A DNA stretch of 64,000 nucleotides from Octopus bimaculoides (lineage: Eukaryota). Under the pieces are notes generated by a model that did no database searches, had not been told where the DNA came from, and saw only the letters and a program-made list of their open reading frames with translations. Made by a program: the position numbers and the translations under genes. Within the stretch, counting starts at the first letter, position 1; each line of letters begins with the position of its first letter. The stretch is from NCBI RefSeq assembly GCF_001194135.2, contig NC_068987.1, positions 81,650,741-81,714,740 on the forward strand, written 5' to 3'. Positions 1-13,652 of the stretch are shown piece by piece.

Positions 1-876
1 TACCATTATCCTACCTTTTTCTGTGTGTTTCTTCTTATAATGCTACTTTGTGGTAAAAACAATTAGTTCATATCAGACCATTTCTTCTAAATATATTTTG
101 ACTCTGTTGAAGAGATGTCTTAACATTTCTTATTTTCCATGTGTTGTTTGAGTATATTTCTTTGAAATATATTCAATCTATGAAAGAATTATCATTAAAC
201 CAAATTTCTGTATATCTTTTGAAACACTTACGCTAATCAATATTCAAAATAGCTTTTATTGCAACATATTAATTAGAATTCTTATGTGATATATTTTTGA
301 AAATAATCAAACAGCCACTCAAGTAATATTTAACACTGCTAAGTATAAGATAGCAATTGCTTTCAAATCGAAGAAATTATATTAAAACAAGAATCATAAA
401 TTTTAAATAATTATTACGACTGAGCATAGAATAGAATATTTCTCTAGCTTCAGCAAAAGATAATCTAAAAGCTTCAATACTTGCTTATTGAGTATTGGCA
501 AGATTTTCAATAAAATAAATAAAGGCAATGCATGTAGATTAATTTTAAAAGCTTTTCTTCTTAAAAATAAGGAAATTTCGAGAAATCAAAAATAAGTTGA
601 AAATAAATTTATGAAGGAAGTGATTCTGAGAGAAAAATCTACAATTAGATCAGCTCTATCATGATGTAACAGTATTCTATTGATTAGAGTATAGGTTTTA
701 ACGGTATTGAGTAGATTAGCTTCTTGTTTTACTTCTTTCTCCAGAAATAGCAATGGGGAATATTGTGTTTAGTGTACTCGCTGGTATATTATAAATATCT
801 GCTGATGAATGTGACACATTATAAGAAATGTTACATAAATTTCATTCGCTTAGGAGATGCTTGTAAGATTTACAAC

Positions 877-1267
877 TTTCTTCTTCTTCTTCTTCTTCTT
901 CTTCTTCTTCTCCTTCTTCTTCTCCTTCTTCTTCTTCTTCTTCTTCTTCTTCTTCTTCTTCTTCTTCTTCTTCTTCTTCTTCTTCTTCTCCTTCTTCTTC
1001 TACTTCTTCTTCTTCTCCTTCTTCTTCTTCTTCTTCTTCTTCTTTTTCTTCTTCTCTCACCCCTCCTCCTCCTTCTTCTTCTCTTTCTCCTTCTTCTTCT
1101 TCTCCTTCTTTTCCTTCTTCTTCTCCTTCTTTTCCTTCTTCTTCTCCTTCTTCTTTTCCTTCTTCTTCTCCTCCTCCTCCTCCTTCTTCTTTTTCTTCTT
1201 CTTCTTCTTCTTCTTCTTCTTCTTCTTCTTCTTCTCCCATCCACCTCCTCCTCCTTCTTCTTCTTCT
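877..1267. repeat. Long imperfect (CTT)n/(CCT)n microsatellite, about 390 bp
   Basis: Direct reading. It explains the poly-L/poly-F/poly-E/poly-R ORFs at 763-1306. Confidence 0.97.
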
Positions 1268-1299
1268 AGTCATCGTCGTCATCATCATAATCATCACCA

Positions 1300-1592
1300 T
1301 TATTAGATGTAAAGACGAGGTGAAACAATCACCAAAATCCCTACAGCTTAATTCAACATCTCGGTAAAGTTATTGCCTAGATCGATCTGAGTGGCGTAAA
1401 AATGTGTCATGATGCATCTAAACAATTTGAGTTGAAGAAACAGAACCATAAAAGAATTATATCCTGCAATCAACAAACACATTTGTCCAATCCCATGCAA
1501 AATCAAAATCATTACTGTCCCCGTTGTGACTTCATAGCAAAATCCATTCCTGGATTCAAATTACATTCATGCATCCACTGCAAACAGATGCA
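1300..1592 (+). mobile_element. RTE-like LINE 3' coding remnant (C-terminal region with C2H2-like motif)
   Basis: Translation DRSEWRKMCHDASKQFE...CPRCDFIAKSIPGFKLHSCIH resembles the RTE-clade C-terminus (DR.xWR..vhxG...FE, then CxxC...GlxsH..xH). Family call is from memory. Confidence 0.6.
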
Positions 1593-1674
1593 GATTCTTT
1601 TATTTTTAATCCTTTTTTTTTTCTTTTAAATCTTCTTCAAACACTCATGTCAAAATCGTCAAGAGTGACCATCG

Positions 1675-1677
<3 letters not shown>

Positions 1678-1766
<89 letters not shown>
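1678..1766. repeat. (ATT)n microsatellite directly upstream of a SINE array
   Basis: Direct reading. Confidence 0.97.
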
Positions 1767-1767
<1 letters not shown>

Positions 1768-1768
<1 letters not shown>

Positions 1769-2410
1769 GGCAGCGAGCTGGCAGAATCGTTAGCACGCCA
1801 GGTGAAATGCTTAGTGGCATTTCGTCTGCCGCTACGTTTTGAGTTCAAATTCCGCCGAGGTCGACTTTGCCTTTCATCCTTTCGGGGTCGATTAAATAAG
1901 TACCAGTTACGCACTGGGGTTGATATAATCGACTTAATCCGTTTGTCTGTCCTTGTTTGTCCCCTCTGTGTGTAACCCCTTGTGGGCAGTAAAGAAATAG
2001 GTATTTCATCAGTCATTATGTTCTGAGTTCAAATTCTGCCGAGATTGACTTTGCCTGTTATCCTTTCGGGATCAATAAAATAAGTACCAGTTGAACATTG
2101 GGGTCAATGTAATCGACTCATCCCCACCTCCCCCAAGCTGCCTTTGTGGCAAAAATTTGAAATAATAATAATTATTATTATTAAGGTGGTGAGCTGGCAG
2201 AATTGTTAGCACACCGGGCAAAATGCTTAGCTGTATTTCATAACTTATTATGTTCCGAGTTCAAATTCCACCAAGGTTGACTTTGCCTCTCACCCTTTCA
2301 GGGTCGATTAAATAAGTACCAGTTACACACTGAAGTTGATGTAATCGACTTGACCCCTTCCCCCAAATTTGAGGCCTTGTGTTTCCAGTAGAAAGGATTA
2401 TTATTATTAT
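1768..2410 (+). mobile_element. Three tandem copies of SINE family A (tRNA-like head, Nin/Deu-like core)
   Basis: Each full copy has GAGCTGGCAGAA (A-box-like), GAGTTCAAATTC (B-box-like) and the core GACTTTGCCTTTCATCCTTTCGGGGTCGAT-AAATAAGTACCAG. Units start near 1768, 2002 (5'-truncated) and 2184. Confidence 0.9.
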
Positions 2411-3117
2411 CTTTACTAAATATAATTACTCATTAAAAGAACATTTTTTCAGAAATAAATTATTTTATATTTTAATCTTTCTTTAACACTTCAAATTATT
2501 TTAACAAACCTAACAACAAAAACTTAAGCCGTATTAAAAGAAATGCCACATTTAGGTTAGACAAGCCTGACTGGTACTTCTAAACAGTATTGATAAGTTT
2601 TAATGTATTGAAGATTGTGCCTGAAGGTAAATTTCCAGATTGGATTTACTCCAGTTGCGTGTTGAATTACTAAGAATTTTTTTCAAGATAACGTTTTTTG
2701 CCAATCATGTGAATTGGTTTGTTTATCCAAAATTAGTTTATATGTAAAGGTTGTGTTACAGAGTTGATTGAATCTATGGTTTATAGGGAGTTAAAAATAG
2801 ATATTGCCTGACAGTAAGTCATCATCATCGTCATCATCATCATCATCTTCATCATCACCACCATCATCATCATCATTGTCGTCGGCGTCGTTGTCATCAT
2901 CATTTAATATTCACTCTTCCATGTTTGCATGATTCAAATTGAATTTGCTGAGGTAAATTTTCTATGGCTGGATGCCTTTCCTGTTACCAATTTTCGCCTG
3001 TTCTCAAGCAAGGTAATATTTCTTTCTGATCAAACATGTTTTACATGGAAGAATGGCAATGAACAACATTATCTGTTTGATGGCGACACACATTAACAAC
3101 CATGATGTGAAGGCAAG

Positions 3118-3154
<37 letters not shown>

Positions 3155-3169
3155 GAATATATATATGAG

Positions 3170-3345
3170 CATGCCAGGCTCATAAGGGCCGGTTTACCAG
3201 TTTCAATGGTGTATATACTCTCCACCTGGATGGGACGTCAATCCGTTGCAACTCATTTTTGCCAGCTGAGTGAACTGGAGCTATGTGAAATGAAGTGTTT
3301 TGCCCAAGAACACAATGTGTCATTCAGTCCAGGAGACACGTGCTA
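3170..3345 (-). mobile_element. SINE-like element with V/CORE-like GTGTCCTTG-GCAA-ACACTTCA motif (family E)
   Basis: The reverse complement resembles the + copy at about 15595-15760; another - copy lies at about 18920-19070. Confidence 0.55.
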
Positions 3346-3368
3346 TCCATTTCTTAATTATATGTTAG

Positions 3369-3467
3369 TGTTATGGTGTGGTTATTGATGAGAAATTCGC
3401 CAAGCAAATTATTGTATTTGCTAAAAAAAATTTGGAAATCTAGGTCTGACCGGAATAAAATAACAAG
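3369..3467 (+). CDS. Weak candidate internal exon (phase 2-2, 99 nt), VMVWLLMRNSPSKLLYLLKKIWKSRSDRNKIT
   Basis: Acceptor atgttag, donor CAAG/gtaaaa and an open symmetric frame. No homology recognised. Confidence 0.2.
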
Positions 3468-3666
3468 GTAAAAGTTTTTATTTTACATTCCTTTCTAAAA
3501 TTGCTCTTAAATGTGGTTTTGGTCATTTTGACTACTTCTAGCATGTAAAAACTGCCTGTTGAAGGCAGTTTTCTCTTGTGATTAAATGTACACTATTTTA
3601 TATATGTATATATATATGTATATATATGTGTGTGTGTATGTATATACAAATATGCATACACACATA

Positions 3667-4378
3667 NNNNNNNNNNNNNNNNNNNNNNNNNNNNNNNNNN
3701 NNNNNNNNNNNNNNNNNNNNNNNNNNNNNNNNNNNNNNNNNNNNNNNNNNNNNNNNNNNNNNNNNNNNNNNNNNNNNNNNNNNNNNNNNNNNNNNNNNNN
3801 NNNNNNNNNNNNNNNNNNNNNNNNNNNNNNNNNNNNNNNNNNNNNNNNNNNNNNNNNNNNNNNNNNNNNNNNNNNNNNNNNNNNNNNNNNNNNNNNNNNN
3901 NNNNNNNNNNNNNNNNNNNNNNNNNNNNNNNNNNNNNNNNNNNNNNNNNNNNNNNNNNNNNNNNNNNNNNNNNNNNNNNNNNNNNNNNNNNNNNNNNNNN
4001 NNNNNNNNNNNNNNNNNNNNNNNNNNNNNNNNNNNNNNNNNNNNNNNNNNNNNNNNNNNNNNNNNNNNNNNNNNNNNNNNNNNNNNNNNNNNNNNNNNNN
4101 NNNNNNNNNNNNNNNNNNNNNNNNNNNNNNNNNNNNNNNNNNNNNNNNNNNNNNNNNNNNNNNNNNNNNNNNNNNNNNNNNNNNNNNNNNNNNNNNNNNN
4201 NNNNNNNNNNNNNNNNNNNNNNNNNNNNNNNNNNNNNNNNNNNNNNNNNNNNNNNNNNNNNNNNNNNNNNNNNNNNNNNNNNNNNNNNNNNNNNNNNNNN
4301 NNNNNNNNNNNNNNNNNNNNNNNNNNNNNNNNNNNNNNNNNNNNNNNNNNNNNNNNNNNNNNNNNNNNNNNNNNNNNN
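3667..4378. other. Assembly gap (N run) flanked by TA/CA microsatellites. Other gaps: 7131-7354, 18013-18081, 18858-18878, 44219-44228, 44398-44822, 58101-58170
   Basis: Direct reading. Confidence 0.99.
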
Positions 4379-4411
<33 letters not shown>

Positions 4412-4461
4412 CACATACACATATATATGTATGTGTGTATGTACACACACACACACACACA

Positions 4462-4620
4462 CGGGCTTTCAGTTTCTGTCCACCAAATCCATTCATAAGC
4501 TCTTGGTTAGCCAAGGGTTATAACAGAAGACACTTACCCAATGTACCACACAGTGGCACTGAACCTGAGACCACATGTTTGGGAAGCAAGCTACTCAACC
4601 AAACAGCCACATCTGCACCT
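4462..4620 (-). mobile_element. SINE family B, 5' part
   Basis: Reverse complement of the head/body seen at 19288 and 40338. Confidence 0.8.
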
Positions 4621-4778
4621 GAATTTCAAATAAATCTGATATGGTTTTGTTAATGTTAGGTAACTATAAGATAGCTGACACAATAAAACATTATTCCATA
4701 TCTAGATCAGTGTTGAGCTATTATGACTTCAAATATCACTTTGGGTTTACTTTACCTTTCATCCTTTTGAGATCAATA

Positions 4779-4829
<51 letters not shown>

Positions 4830-5324
4830 ATCAAAATTATGGAGTGACTTCAATCAGTTACAACTTTTCTACTATAAACTTCACAGCTAGTAATAAAATA
4901 TTGTCTCGGACACTTGTTGTACAAATTATATAAAGGTAATATTAGATATAGCATGTGAATGATATCTATGAACTATGACTACAATATGAATATTTGTATG
5001 TATTGAGAGTGATTGGTTGGTTGGTTGGTTGGTTGGCTGGTTGGTTGGTTGTTGTGTGGTCAAGTACATGAGTATTTGATCAAATGACTTGGTTCAATCT
5101 ATAGATCCACTGCTTCAGATATACTGTCTCTGCCTAGCTGAGGATCATGCTTCACATTCCATTATGCAGTTATTCATCACATGAAGTGTTACATAACAAC
5201 TTGTATACTTACTGATGTTTAACTCCAGGTCAGCTTTGAATGAGCGTATCTATGATTAAAGGCATTACAACCTTGATTATTTTGTACTTGGGCATATATT
5301 GTCCTCTCTATGTCCTTTCCCTTT

Positions 5325-5523
5325 TTAATCCTTTAGCAATTAAACCAACCATATCCAACCCAAATATTCTATCTGTTGTATGATCCAACTGGTTAAATCT
5401 CACACCTATTCTAAAAATAAACAATCACATCTTTGAAATCAGTTACAAAATATTATATAATTAATCTTTAAAAATATGAATAATTAAGCAATACATTTGA
5501 CAGAGTAATCTGAATGCTAAAGA
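5325..5523 (-). mobile_element. TTAA-flanked (piggyBac-type) MITE
   Basis: Ends TTAATCCTTTAGCAAT and GAATGCTAAAG match the TTAACCCTTTAGCATT terminal repeat also seen at 19850, 52640-52660 and 63418. Confidence 0.65.
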
Positions 5524-6233
5524 CAGCAAAGTTGATTTGGAGAAATTTAGCTTCTATTTCTAACAGGTTGAACAATTCCCTCATGAACTTATAAGTCTAT
5601 AGATTGTGTTATTGCACATAACAGAGTTGGACTAGGAGGAATCAGTTAGAACATAACAGTTGCTGCTGTGCTGCATTCATCATTAGTAATGTGTATCCCA
5701 GCTCAATGTATGGAGCTAATGAGGTTTTCATGATGATGCATTTTTTGAAATACATATATTTTATGTTGCTTGAACTGGATTGAGGAAATAATGTTTACAT
5801 AATGTTTTTCCTATGTTGTTGTAGTAATATTCTGGCATGCTGTCGATTTATCAGTTTGTTTGTGAGCGATGTGATCCTATATGTAGTGGCAGGGATTGAG
5901 ACAGCCAGAAATTGATACTACAACATGCTGTGCCCTTCATGTCTCCAGGGGTTCTATCACTTTTAGTATTTTTGTTATGTTGCATAGGTCACGTGTAGAT
6001 ATGGCCTGTGTGCAACCTGTCATAATGCAAAGGTGTTGCACATTTTGTAGTTAAATAATGAGGTGTAATGGAGAGATTTGTTATTTGCTCAAGAAGTACT
6101 GGCATTTCCATGTTGGATTTTAAGTATTGTGTATACCCTGATGTTGTTAAATTCTGTTGACTAAATTTAGACCCTGTGGTGAGTGCTATATATTTGTGTA
6201 TCATTTTATTTTCATTAGTATAAGTCCATAAAA

Positions 6234-7130
6234 GGCAGTGAGCTGGCAGAAACGTTAAGCATGCTGGGTGAAATGCATAGCGATATTTCGTCTGTCTTTA
6301 CGTTCTAAGTTCAAATTCCCCTGAGGTTGATTTTGCCTTTCATTCTCTCAGGGTCAATAAATTAAGTACCAGTTGCATACTGGGGTTGATCTACTTGACT
6401 GTCCCCCCTCCCCCAAAATTTCGGGCCTTGTGCCTAGAGTAGAAGAGATTCTTTAAGGTGGCAAGTTGGCCGAAACGTTACCCTGCTGGGCGAAATGCTT
6501 AGCAGTATTTCGTCTGTCTTTACATTCCGAGTTCAAATTCCGCCGATGTCGACTTTGCCTTTCATCCTTTCGGGGTCGATAAATTAAGAACCAGTTACAC
6601 ACTGGGGTCAATGTAATCGACTTAATCCATTTGTCTGTCCTTGTTTGTCCCCTCTATGTTTAGCCCCTTGAGAGGTAATAAAGAAATAAGAAGCATTAGC
6701 ATGCTAGGCGAAATGCTTAGCACTATTTCACCTGTCTTCATGTTCTGAGTTCAAATTCCACTGAGGTCAACTTTGCCTTTCATCCTTTTGGGGTTGATAT
6801 ATTAATTACCACCTGCATACTGGGATCGATCTAATTGACTGCCCCTCCCCCTCTCCCAAAATTCCGGGCCTTGTGCTTAGAGAAGAAAAGATTATCATAA
6901 GTTATAAAAGGTGGCGAGCTGGCAGAAATGCTAGCACACCAGGCAAAATGCTTAGCAGTATTTTGTCTGTCTTTACATTCTGAGTTCAATTTCCACCGAG
7001 GTCAACTTTGCCTTTCACCCTTTCGGGGTTGATAAATTAAGTACCAGTTGCGTACTGGGATCAATCTAATCGATGGCTCCCTCCCCCAAAATTTCAGCCC
7101 TTGTGCCTAGAGTAGAAAAGATTATTATAA
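6234..7130 (+). mobile_element. Four tandem SINE family A copies
   Basis: Units start near 6234, 6457, 6691 (5'-truncated) and 6910; each has the B-box-like motif and core. Confidence 0.92.
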
Positions 7131-7354
7131 NNNNNNNNNNNNNNNNNNNNNNNNNNNNNNNNNNNNNNNNNNNNNNNNNNNNNNNNNNNNNNNNNNNNNN
7201 NNNNNNNNNNNNNNNNNNNNNNNNNNNNNNNNNNNNNNNNNNNNNNNNNNNNNNNNNNNNNNNNNNNNNNNNNNNNNNNNNNNNNNNNNNNNNNNNNNNN
7301 NNNNNNNNNNNNNNNNNNNNNNNNNNNNNNNNNNNNNNNNNNNNNNNNNNNNNN

Positions 7355-7404
<50 letters not shown>

Positions 7405-7506
7405 TACACATGTATGCATGCATGTGTGCATATGTGTGTGCATGGTATGTTTATGTCGTTGGGTATGATGGTTAATTGTATTGAACAATATCTTGAGGTT
7501 TTGCAG

Positions 7507-7660
7507 TTGCTACTATTTCATTGGAACTAAGTTTCCAGGGATTGTATAATAAGTCAGAAAAGATATGCAATGTGTCTGAAGAAAGGCAGCAAAAATGTGA
7601 TTGTAATATCACAAAGTTTTATGTTTATTTAGTGGAAATATGGGACATTTGCAGTTACAG
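7507..7660 (+). CDS. Weak candidate exon (phase 1-2), ATISLELSFQGLYNKSEKICNVSEERQQKCDCNITKFYVYLVEIWDICSY
   Basis: Acceptor ttttgcag, donor ACAG/gttaaa, 50 open codons. It could equally be decayed TE sequence. Confidence 0.15.
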
Positions 7661-8619
7661 GTTAAAAAGAGTACATATCAAGATGACTCTTTGTGCAAAA
7701 TTACATATATTAGATACGTTCTTATATACTACATAGATTTGACAACCCAAGATAGTTTACTATTCAGCATTTTGCATTGTTTCTTAAGTAGGCTTTGAAT
7801 AGATTTTGTATAAGAAATAGCATCCATATAGAAGCTTCCTCATTGGCTCAATACATTTTGCATATGTTTGCTGCTGGAGTGTTGCCATGTTACGTTTAGT
7901 TATTTGCAATGTGATGTAGCTGCTGTTAGAGTCGTTGATGCTGTTTATCATTTTATATAATGTTTCACTTGTTTTGTAGTAGATTGAAATATTTCTGCTT
8001 CCCAATTATGTTTTGAATTATTTCCCTCTTTAGTTGCTTGATGACAAGTTCTACTTCACTTGTATGTAGTTGATATGTTGTGTTTGAGGTTTTCCATAAT
8101 TTTTCAAAAGGTTGTCTATTTTACTTAAATAATTGGAATTGCAATATTTTATGCTACCTTATTTTTGTTTCATTTATATAACTATAGACTCATCAGTTAA
8201 ACATTTCCAGTGGGTCAGTCTGTGGGTCACAGCATTTATGACAGTGACAGTAAGAACCGAGTGTTTACAATTTGGTGAATTTTGTTTCAAGTGTATTTGG
8301 TTCTCATCAGTGTCTACATCTTTCAGTGTGCATGTGTGAAGACATAAATTTCTGGTACCCAAGTACACATCTAACCTACGCCAGTTGGGTTGAACATTAA
8401 GATGTAGTTAAAGCAACTAACTCAGAAGATGGAGAACTTTCATAGAATATGTGAGGTATGTTGTTCATTGAGTTTATGGAAAACATCTGCACTAACCTTC
8501 TGCCATCATCATTTCCAGAAAGTGTGGCCTCACTCCTGGAAACAAATTATCTGTGTGAGTAGTTTAACAGCTGAGGCTGTTGCGCCCTCAGACAATGAAA
8601 TTAATGGGAGAATGCACTT

Positions 8620-8870
8620 ATCATCATCATCATCATCATCATCATAATTTAACATCTGTTTTTCATGCTCGCACGGGTTGGATGGTTTGACAAGAACTGA
8701 CAAGCTGGAGAGCTCTACCATGCTCTAATTGTCTGTTTTGACATGATTTCTGCATCTGAGTGCCCTTCCTAATGCCAACCCCTTTACAAAGTATATTGGT
8801 GCTTCTTACTTGGCACTAGCACAAATTTTCTTGTTTTTTACATGGTACTGGCACAAGTGCTTTTTATGTG
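8620..8870 (-). mobile_element. SINE family C (3' end ACCCATGCCAGCATGGAAAA..GACGTTAAA-(GAT)n)
   Basis: Reverse complement of the tail seen at 46500-46580, 48300-48365 and 58860-58915. Confidence 0.7.
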
Positions 8871-9135
8871 GCATGGCATTCACACAGTTTTTGTCTACCA
8901 AATTAACTTGCAAGGCATTGATTAGTTGATTAATCTGAGACTATGGTAAAAAGGCATTTTCTCAAGATGTAATGCAGAGAAATAAAATCTGAAACCATGT
9001 GGATGCATTGTGAAATTCATCATCATCATCATCATCATCACCATTTAACATCCATTGTCCATGCTAGCATGGGTTGGATGGTTTGACCAGGGCTGGTAAG
9101 ATGAGGGACTCCAGTCTGATTTGGCATGATTTCTA

Positions 9136-9367
9136 ATTTCTTTATTGCCCACAAGGGGCTAAACATAGAGGGGACAAACAAGGACAGACAAAGGGATTAA
9201 GTCAATTACATCGACCCCAGTGCATAACTGGTACTTAATTTATCGACCCCAAAAGGATGAAAGGCAAAGTTGACCTCATCAGAATTTGAACTCAAAACGT
9301 AATGGCAGACGAAATACCGCTAATAATTTCGCCCGGTGTGCTAACGTTTCTGCCAGCTCGCCGCCTT
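9136..9367 (-). mobile_element. SINE family A, full length with long tail, inserted into a family C element (about 9020-9420)
   Basis: Reverse complement of 1768-2011. Family C sequence continues on both sides. Confidence 0.85.
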
Positions 9368-10110
9368 GCATGGTTTCTATGGCTGGATACCCTTCCTAAT
9401 GCCTACAAATCTATACCTGACCCCAGGTCTGTGGTATGTTGTACCTTCATTTGGAAAGTGTGCACAACTGTTTGCTTGAATGTATACACTACAGAATTTA
9501 TGCTGGCAATCATGATTCTTAAACTGTGAATTGTAATTCTGTCACTAAGCAGATAAGGTTTCTCTGGGGATTCTTCAAATTTGTGAAAGTGCTTTAGTTT
9601 TGTTCATTGATGTGTTATGATAATGTTGGACAGGTGGCCAGGAAAGAGATGGTGCTTATGATTTCATAGAGTTTCAAGTATTTAGTGCAGAAAGTAATAT
9701 CTTCAGAGTTATATAAGTTACCGATTTCATGTTGAGTCATCACTTTTAGATTTCTCCTGCATATCATGTTAACCTGCAGGTTGCTGAGTATGTTTCTGTT
9801 TGTCAAAACTTCATATTGTGTTTCTTTTATAGAATATTACAGGATTATTCAGAAGTCATTTTAATATCTCAATAAGTATTTTTTATCTTTTACTTGGGTC
9901 AGTCATTGTACTGTGGCCATGCTGGAACATTGCCTTCAAGGGTTTATAGTTGAACAAATTGAGCTGACTACTTATTTTTAAAGTCCGGTACTCACTCTAT
10001 TGGTCTTTTTTTTTTTGCCAAATTTCTAGGTTACAGGAATGTAAGCAAACCAGCACAAATTGACAAGCAGCAAGAGGAGTGGGAACAAATACAAACACAA
10101 CAGACACTCA

Positions 10111-10161
<51 letters not shown>

Positions 10162-10477
10162 ACGTGTGCATGTATGTATGTGGATATATACATATATACG
10201 TACATATATAAACATAAAGCACTCCATCCAGTGAGTGATTAATAGCATTTAATGTACACTGTATTAAGATGAATGCAACTACCTGTTTCTTGCCATTGAA
10301 ACACTTGGTTAGACAGATTTCTATAATGTGCCTTGTACCTCCAAGCAATCTTGGGCTTTGGGCAGATGGTGCCTAAACCATGTGTCTCAATGGCAAGAGA
10401 CTGTTAGTAGCTTTTATCTTAATACAGTGTACATTAAATGATTTATGTGTGTGTTTGTTTGTTTGTTTGTGCGTGTG

Positions 10478-10517
<40 letters not shown>

Positions 10518-13500
10518 AGACATTCTTCCCTACAGTTTCCATCTACTGAATTCACTCACAATGCATTGGGTTAGCCTGGGGCTATAGCAGAAGACACTTG
10601 TTCAAGTTACCATGTGGTGTGGCTGAATCCCAATCTGTACGGCTTCAAACTGAACATCTTAACCACACAGTCATGCTTACAATTTTGATTTTATATATTT
10701 CCAATACTGCTGTTGCTAGTTTGCTGTAAACATCTTTCGATACATATAGAGTGTTTTATATATTTTAGAAAACCGTCGTAGTCAAAAGATGAAAGACAAT
10801 TCATTGCCCTAAAAATGACATGCAATAATGGTACTTATTGTCTGAGCATACCTAGTTTAATTATTCAGGTTGATCCAGGCATCTGGTTACATGAACAGTA
10901 GAGTAGTAACTCAACTATTCTGAAATCCCTAAGCCATGGTAATTAGCAGGGAGAAATAGAGAATTGGATAGAGAATTAATTAATGCAGTTGGGAGATTAG
11001 TGAAGGCTGTGGTGAAAGGGTGGGAGTTGTGAGAGGAAAGAGGACAAGATGTACATCAAGGAACTCAACAGATCTTGGCTATCATTGAATTTATATTAAT
11101 GTTACATGGATTTTTTTAAAGGACACTACATTTAGGGCTCTTTTTCCCATGCGATTCATCATTTTCAGCATGTAGTTACATGATATTTGTCTGTGTAATA
11201 CTTCCTTATCCAGGTGGAGTAGAGAGAGGGTTAGAATAAAGCCTTTTGTTTAGCTATGATTAGAAAATCTAGGCAACTTAATGCTTAATTTTTATTTTGT
11301 CATTGGTTTATTTGATTAGAATAGAACAAGGCTGTGATACATTTCCTTAAGTAAGGGAAGAATCAAGTTTAACTGAATTGCAGACATCTTCAGAATTGCA
11401 GTATTAAAATATTTATAAGCACAATCTCTCTCTCTCTCTCTCTCTCTCTTTCACACACACATACACACACACATACACACACACAAACACACACCTGTTA
11501 ATTATTTAGAGTTTGTTGTCAAATCTGTGCCAAAAATCGATGTATAAACATGTCTGAAGAAAATTAGAAAAATTAAAATGCAGTTTTGAGCATCAGTGTT
11601 TAACAGTTGGAACGTAGATATTTTGGTGAGTTGGTATGCAATAAAAATATGCTTCAGAAATATGATACACTTGACAAAATCTTTAAAAAGATAGTTATAA
11701 TTGCCTTTACAAAACATGTTTGAAGAAAGCTGCACTGCATTTATTTATGCATCTGCATGCACTCACACATATCGTCCAGATAGAGCATCATTGAAATCTC
11801 AATGTCAAGTGGAGTATGTAGATCAATAGTTCTTAACCAGTTGTGCTTGTTACCATCTTCAGCAACATCTAAATTTTAAAACAGTCTGATACAATTCCCC
11901 ACACCCATCTTAAACAACAACAACAAAACTACTTAATTGCCTCAAAAACCATCCCTTGAATACAAGCAAGCCATGCACAGCATGAAAAATTAAAATTCTT
12001 CCACAGCTAGCAAAGAAAGCAATACCTACTACAACTTCACAAAGTGAAAGTAGCATGTTGTTATCAAAGATTACCATAATGAGCTTCTTTATTTATCAAA
12101 TTTTCAGTGAGAAAACTAATTAAACTGATTAAATATTATTAGAGATTAAAATTTTATTGACCAGAAACTTCATTTTTATATTGGTTTTACTCTCACAGTA
12201 AAATTAATGTCATTATCAACTAAATTAGAAGGTAATAAATTTTTAAAATCTGTAACAGGATAAAAGTAAATAATCTTTATCAAGAAGATTAATCTAATTT
12301 AAAAGTGACTATTTATTTAAGGTAGCTTGTATAAACCTAATTATAAATTTAGTTTCATAATTGGCAGACCTTAACAATCAAAGCATAAGAAGTGAAAAGT
12401 TATTTTGTTTTTTATTTGAACACTTCTGTTTGCTATCATTCCTTATTGTAATCTGATAAGCTTAAACTCTAATATTTTTTTTTACTCATGTCTTTAGATT
12501 TCACATTGATAATGAATGATATTGATTGCAATGAATGTCACTGAACTTTCATTAAAAAAGAATAAGTAACAGTCAAGGTGAAATAAATGTTTCTATAAGT
12601 ATTGGTTTGATGTTTCAACACCAGCAACGTTACAAAACTTAGATGTTTTTCCAAAGCATAACAGTGAAAAATGCCTTGTGTAATATAATATAATGAAAGC
12701 ATTAAAGAATGAAAATATTGAATAATTGTAGTCTTATGACTCTGTTTATTTCCAAGTAATTAAAAAACATTTATTTTATAAATGTTGACCTTTTACACAC
12801 ACCTCATAATCATTTTGATTATACAATGTGAGTGATTATTTATACTCAAATTGATGTAGAAAAAACATTCCTCAATATAATATTGCATATAGCATTAAGT
12901 TGAAGTGAAGAGTTTTTTACTGTGCTAGTCTTTCATTAAGCATAAAAGTATTTTATGCAAATATTGAAGTTATAGTTTAGTGCTATGGAAAGTGTCATCA
13001 ATACTCCATGTAAATATTTGAAATATTGAGTTATTTTCATCCATTAATAACGAAGTTACTTAATGTGTTTATCCTATGAAAAACACTTCGAGAATGATTG
13101 ATCATTTTAAAACAAAGCTTCTGGATAAAGTACTTCCATGATTTAAATTTTCCATGTTGATCCTATAATAGTCAACTAGAAAAAAATTACATGTAGCACA
13201 TAAATTTCTAAATTCGTCTCTGAATTTGGAATATGCCATACTATTAGTGACACTTTTATTTCTACCAGCTATATATAAAGTTATAAATACTATAATGAGA
13301 TTTGCTAAAAATAAAATACCCTAAATAATTATTCTCGGCAATAGTTCAGTGTCAATAAGAAATGGCAGTTGACATAAAAAAATAATGACTTTGTAGTGAT
13401 TTGAAAACTACAAAGTTTTCCTTACAACTCAATGAAACAACTTTACATTACAGTAAATCTTTGTCATTGACCTTTGGACATTATTCAAACACTAATCAAG

Positions 13501-13652
13501 GAGTTATAGATCTGTTTCTATTTGCAAAACAATTTAAAACTGACACAAAAGTCCTACAACTTATAGAGCAGCTAAAATGGTAAAAATATTCTTCTTACAA
13601 ATGTTATTGCATGTGCAGCTGATGAAGCACCTACTATAATTGGTTACCATCA

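Noticed and set aside
763-1306. Four overlapping ORFs of 124-168 aa
   Set aside because: They are translations of the (CTT)n tract in different frames.
1768-1860. tRNA-like A/B boxes in SINE heads
   Set aside because: No cloverleaf or anticodon arm; they are SINE promoters, not tRNA genes.
2639-2743. Open segment phase-compatible with 3369-3467 (LDLLQLRVELLRIFFKITFF...)
   Set aside because: Poor polypyrimidine tract, and a T-rich frame is open by composition.
3578-4653. Long ORFs across N runs (also 7066-7488, 17906-18225, 44040-45207, 57992-58297)
   Set aside because: Open only because of Ns and CA/TA microsatellites.
8180-8580. Possible hAT transposase C-terminal remnant (TNYLCE*F)
   Set aside because: Only one weak motif among many stops.
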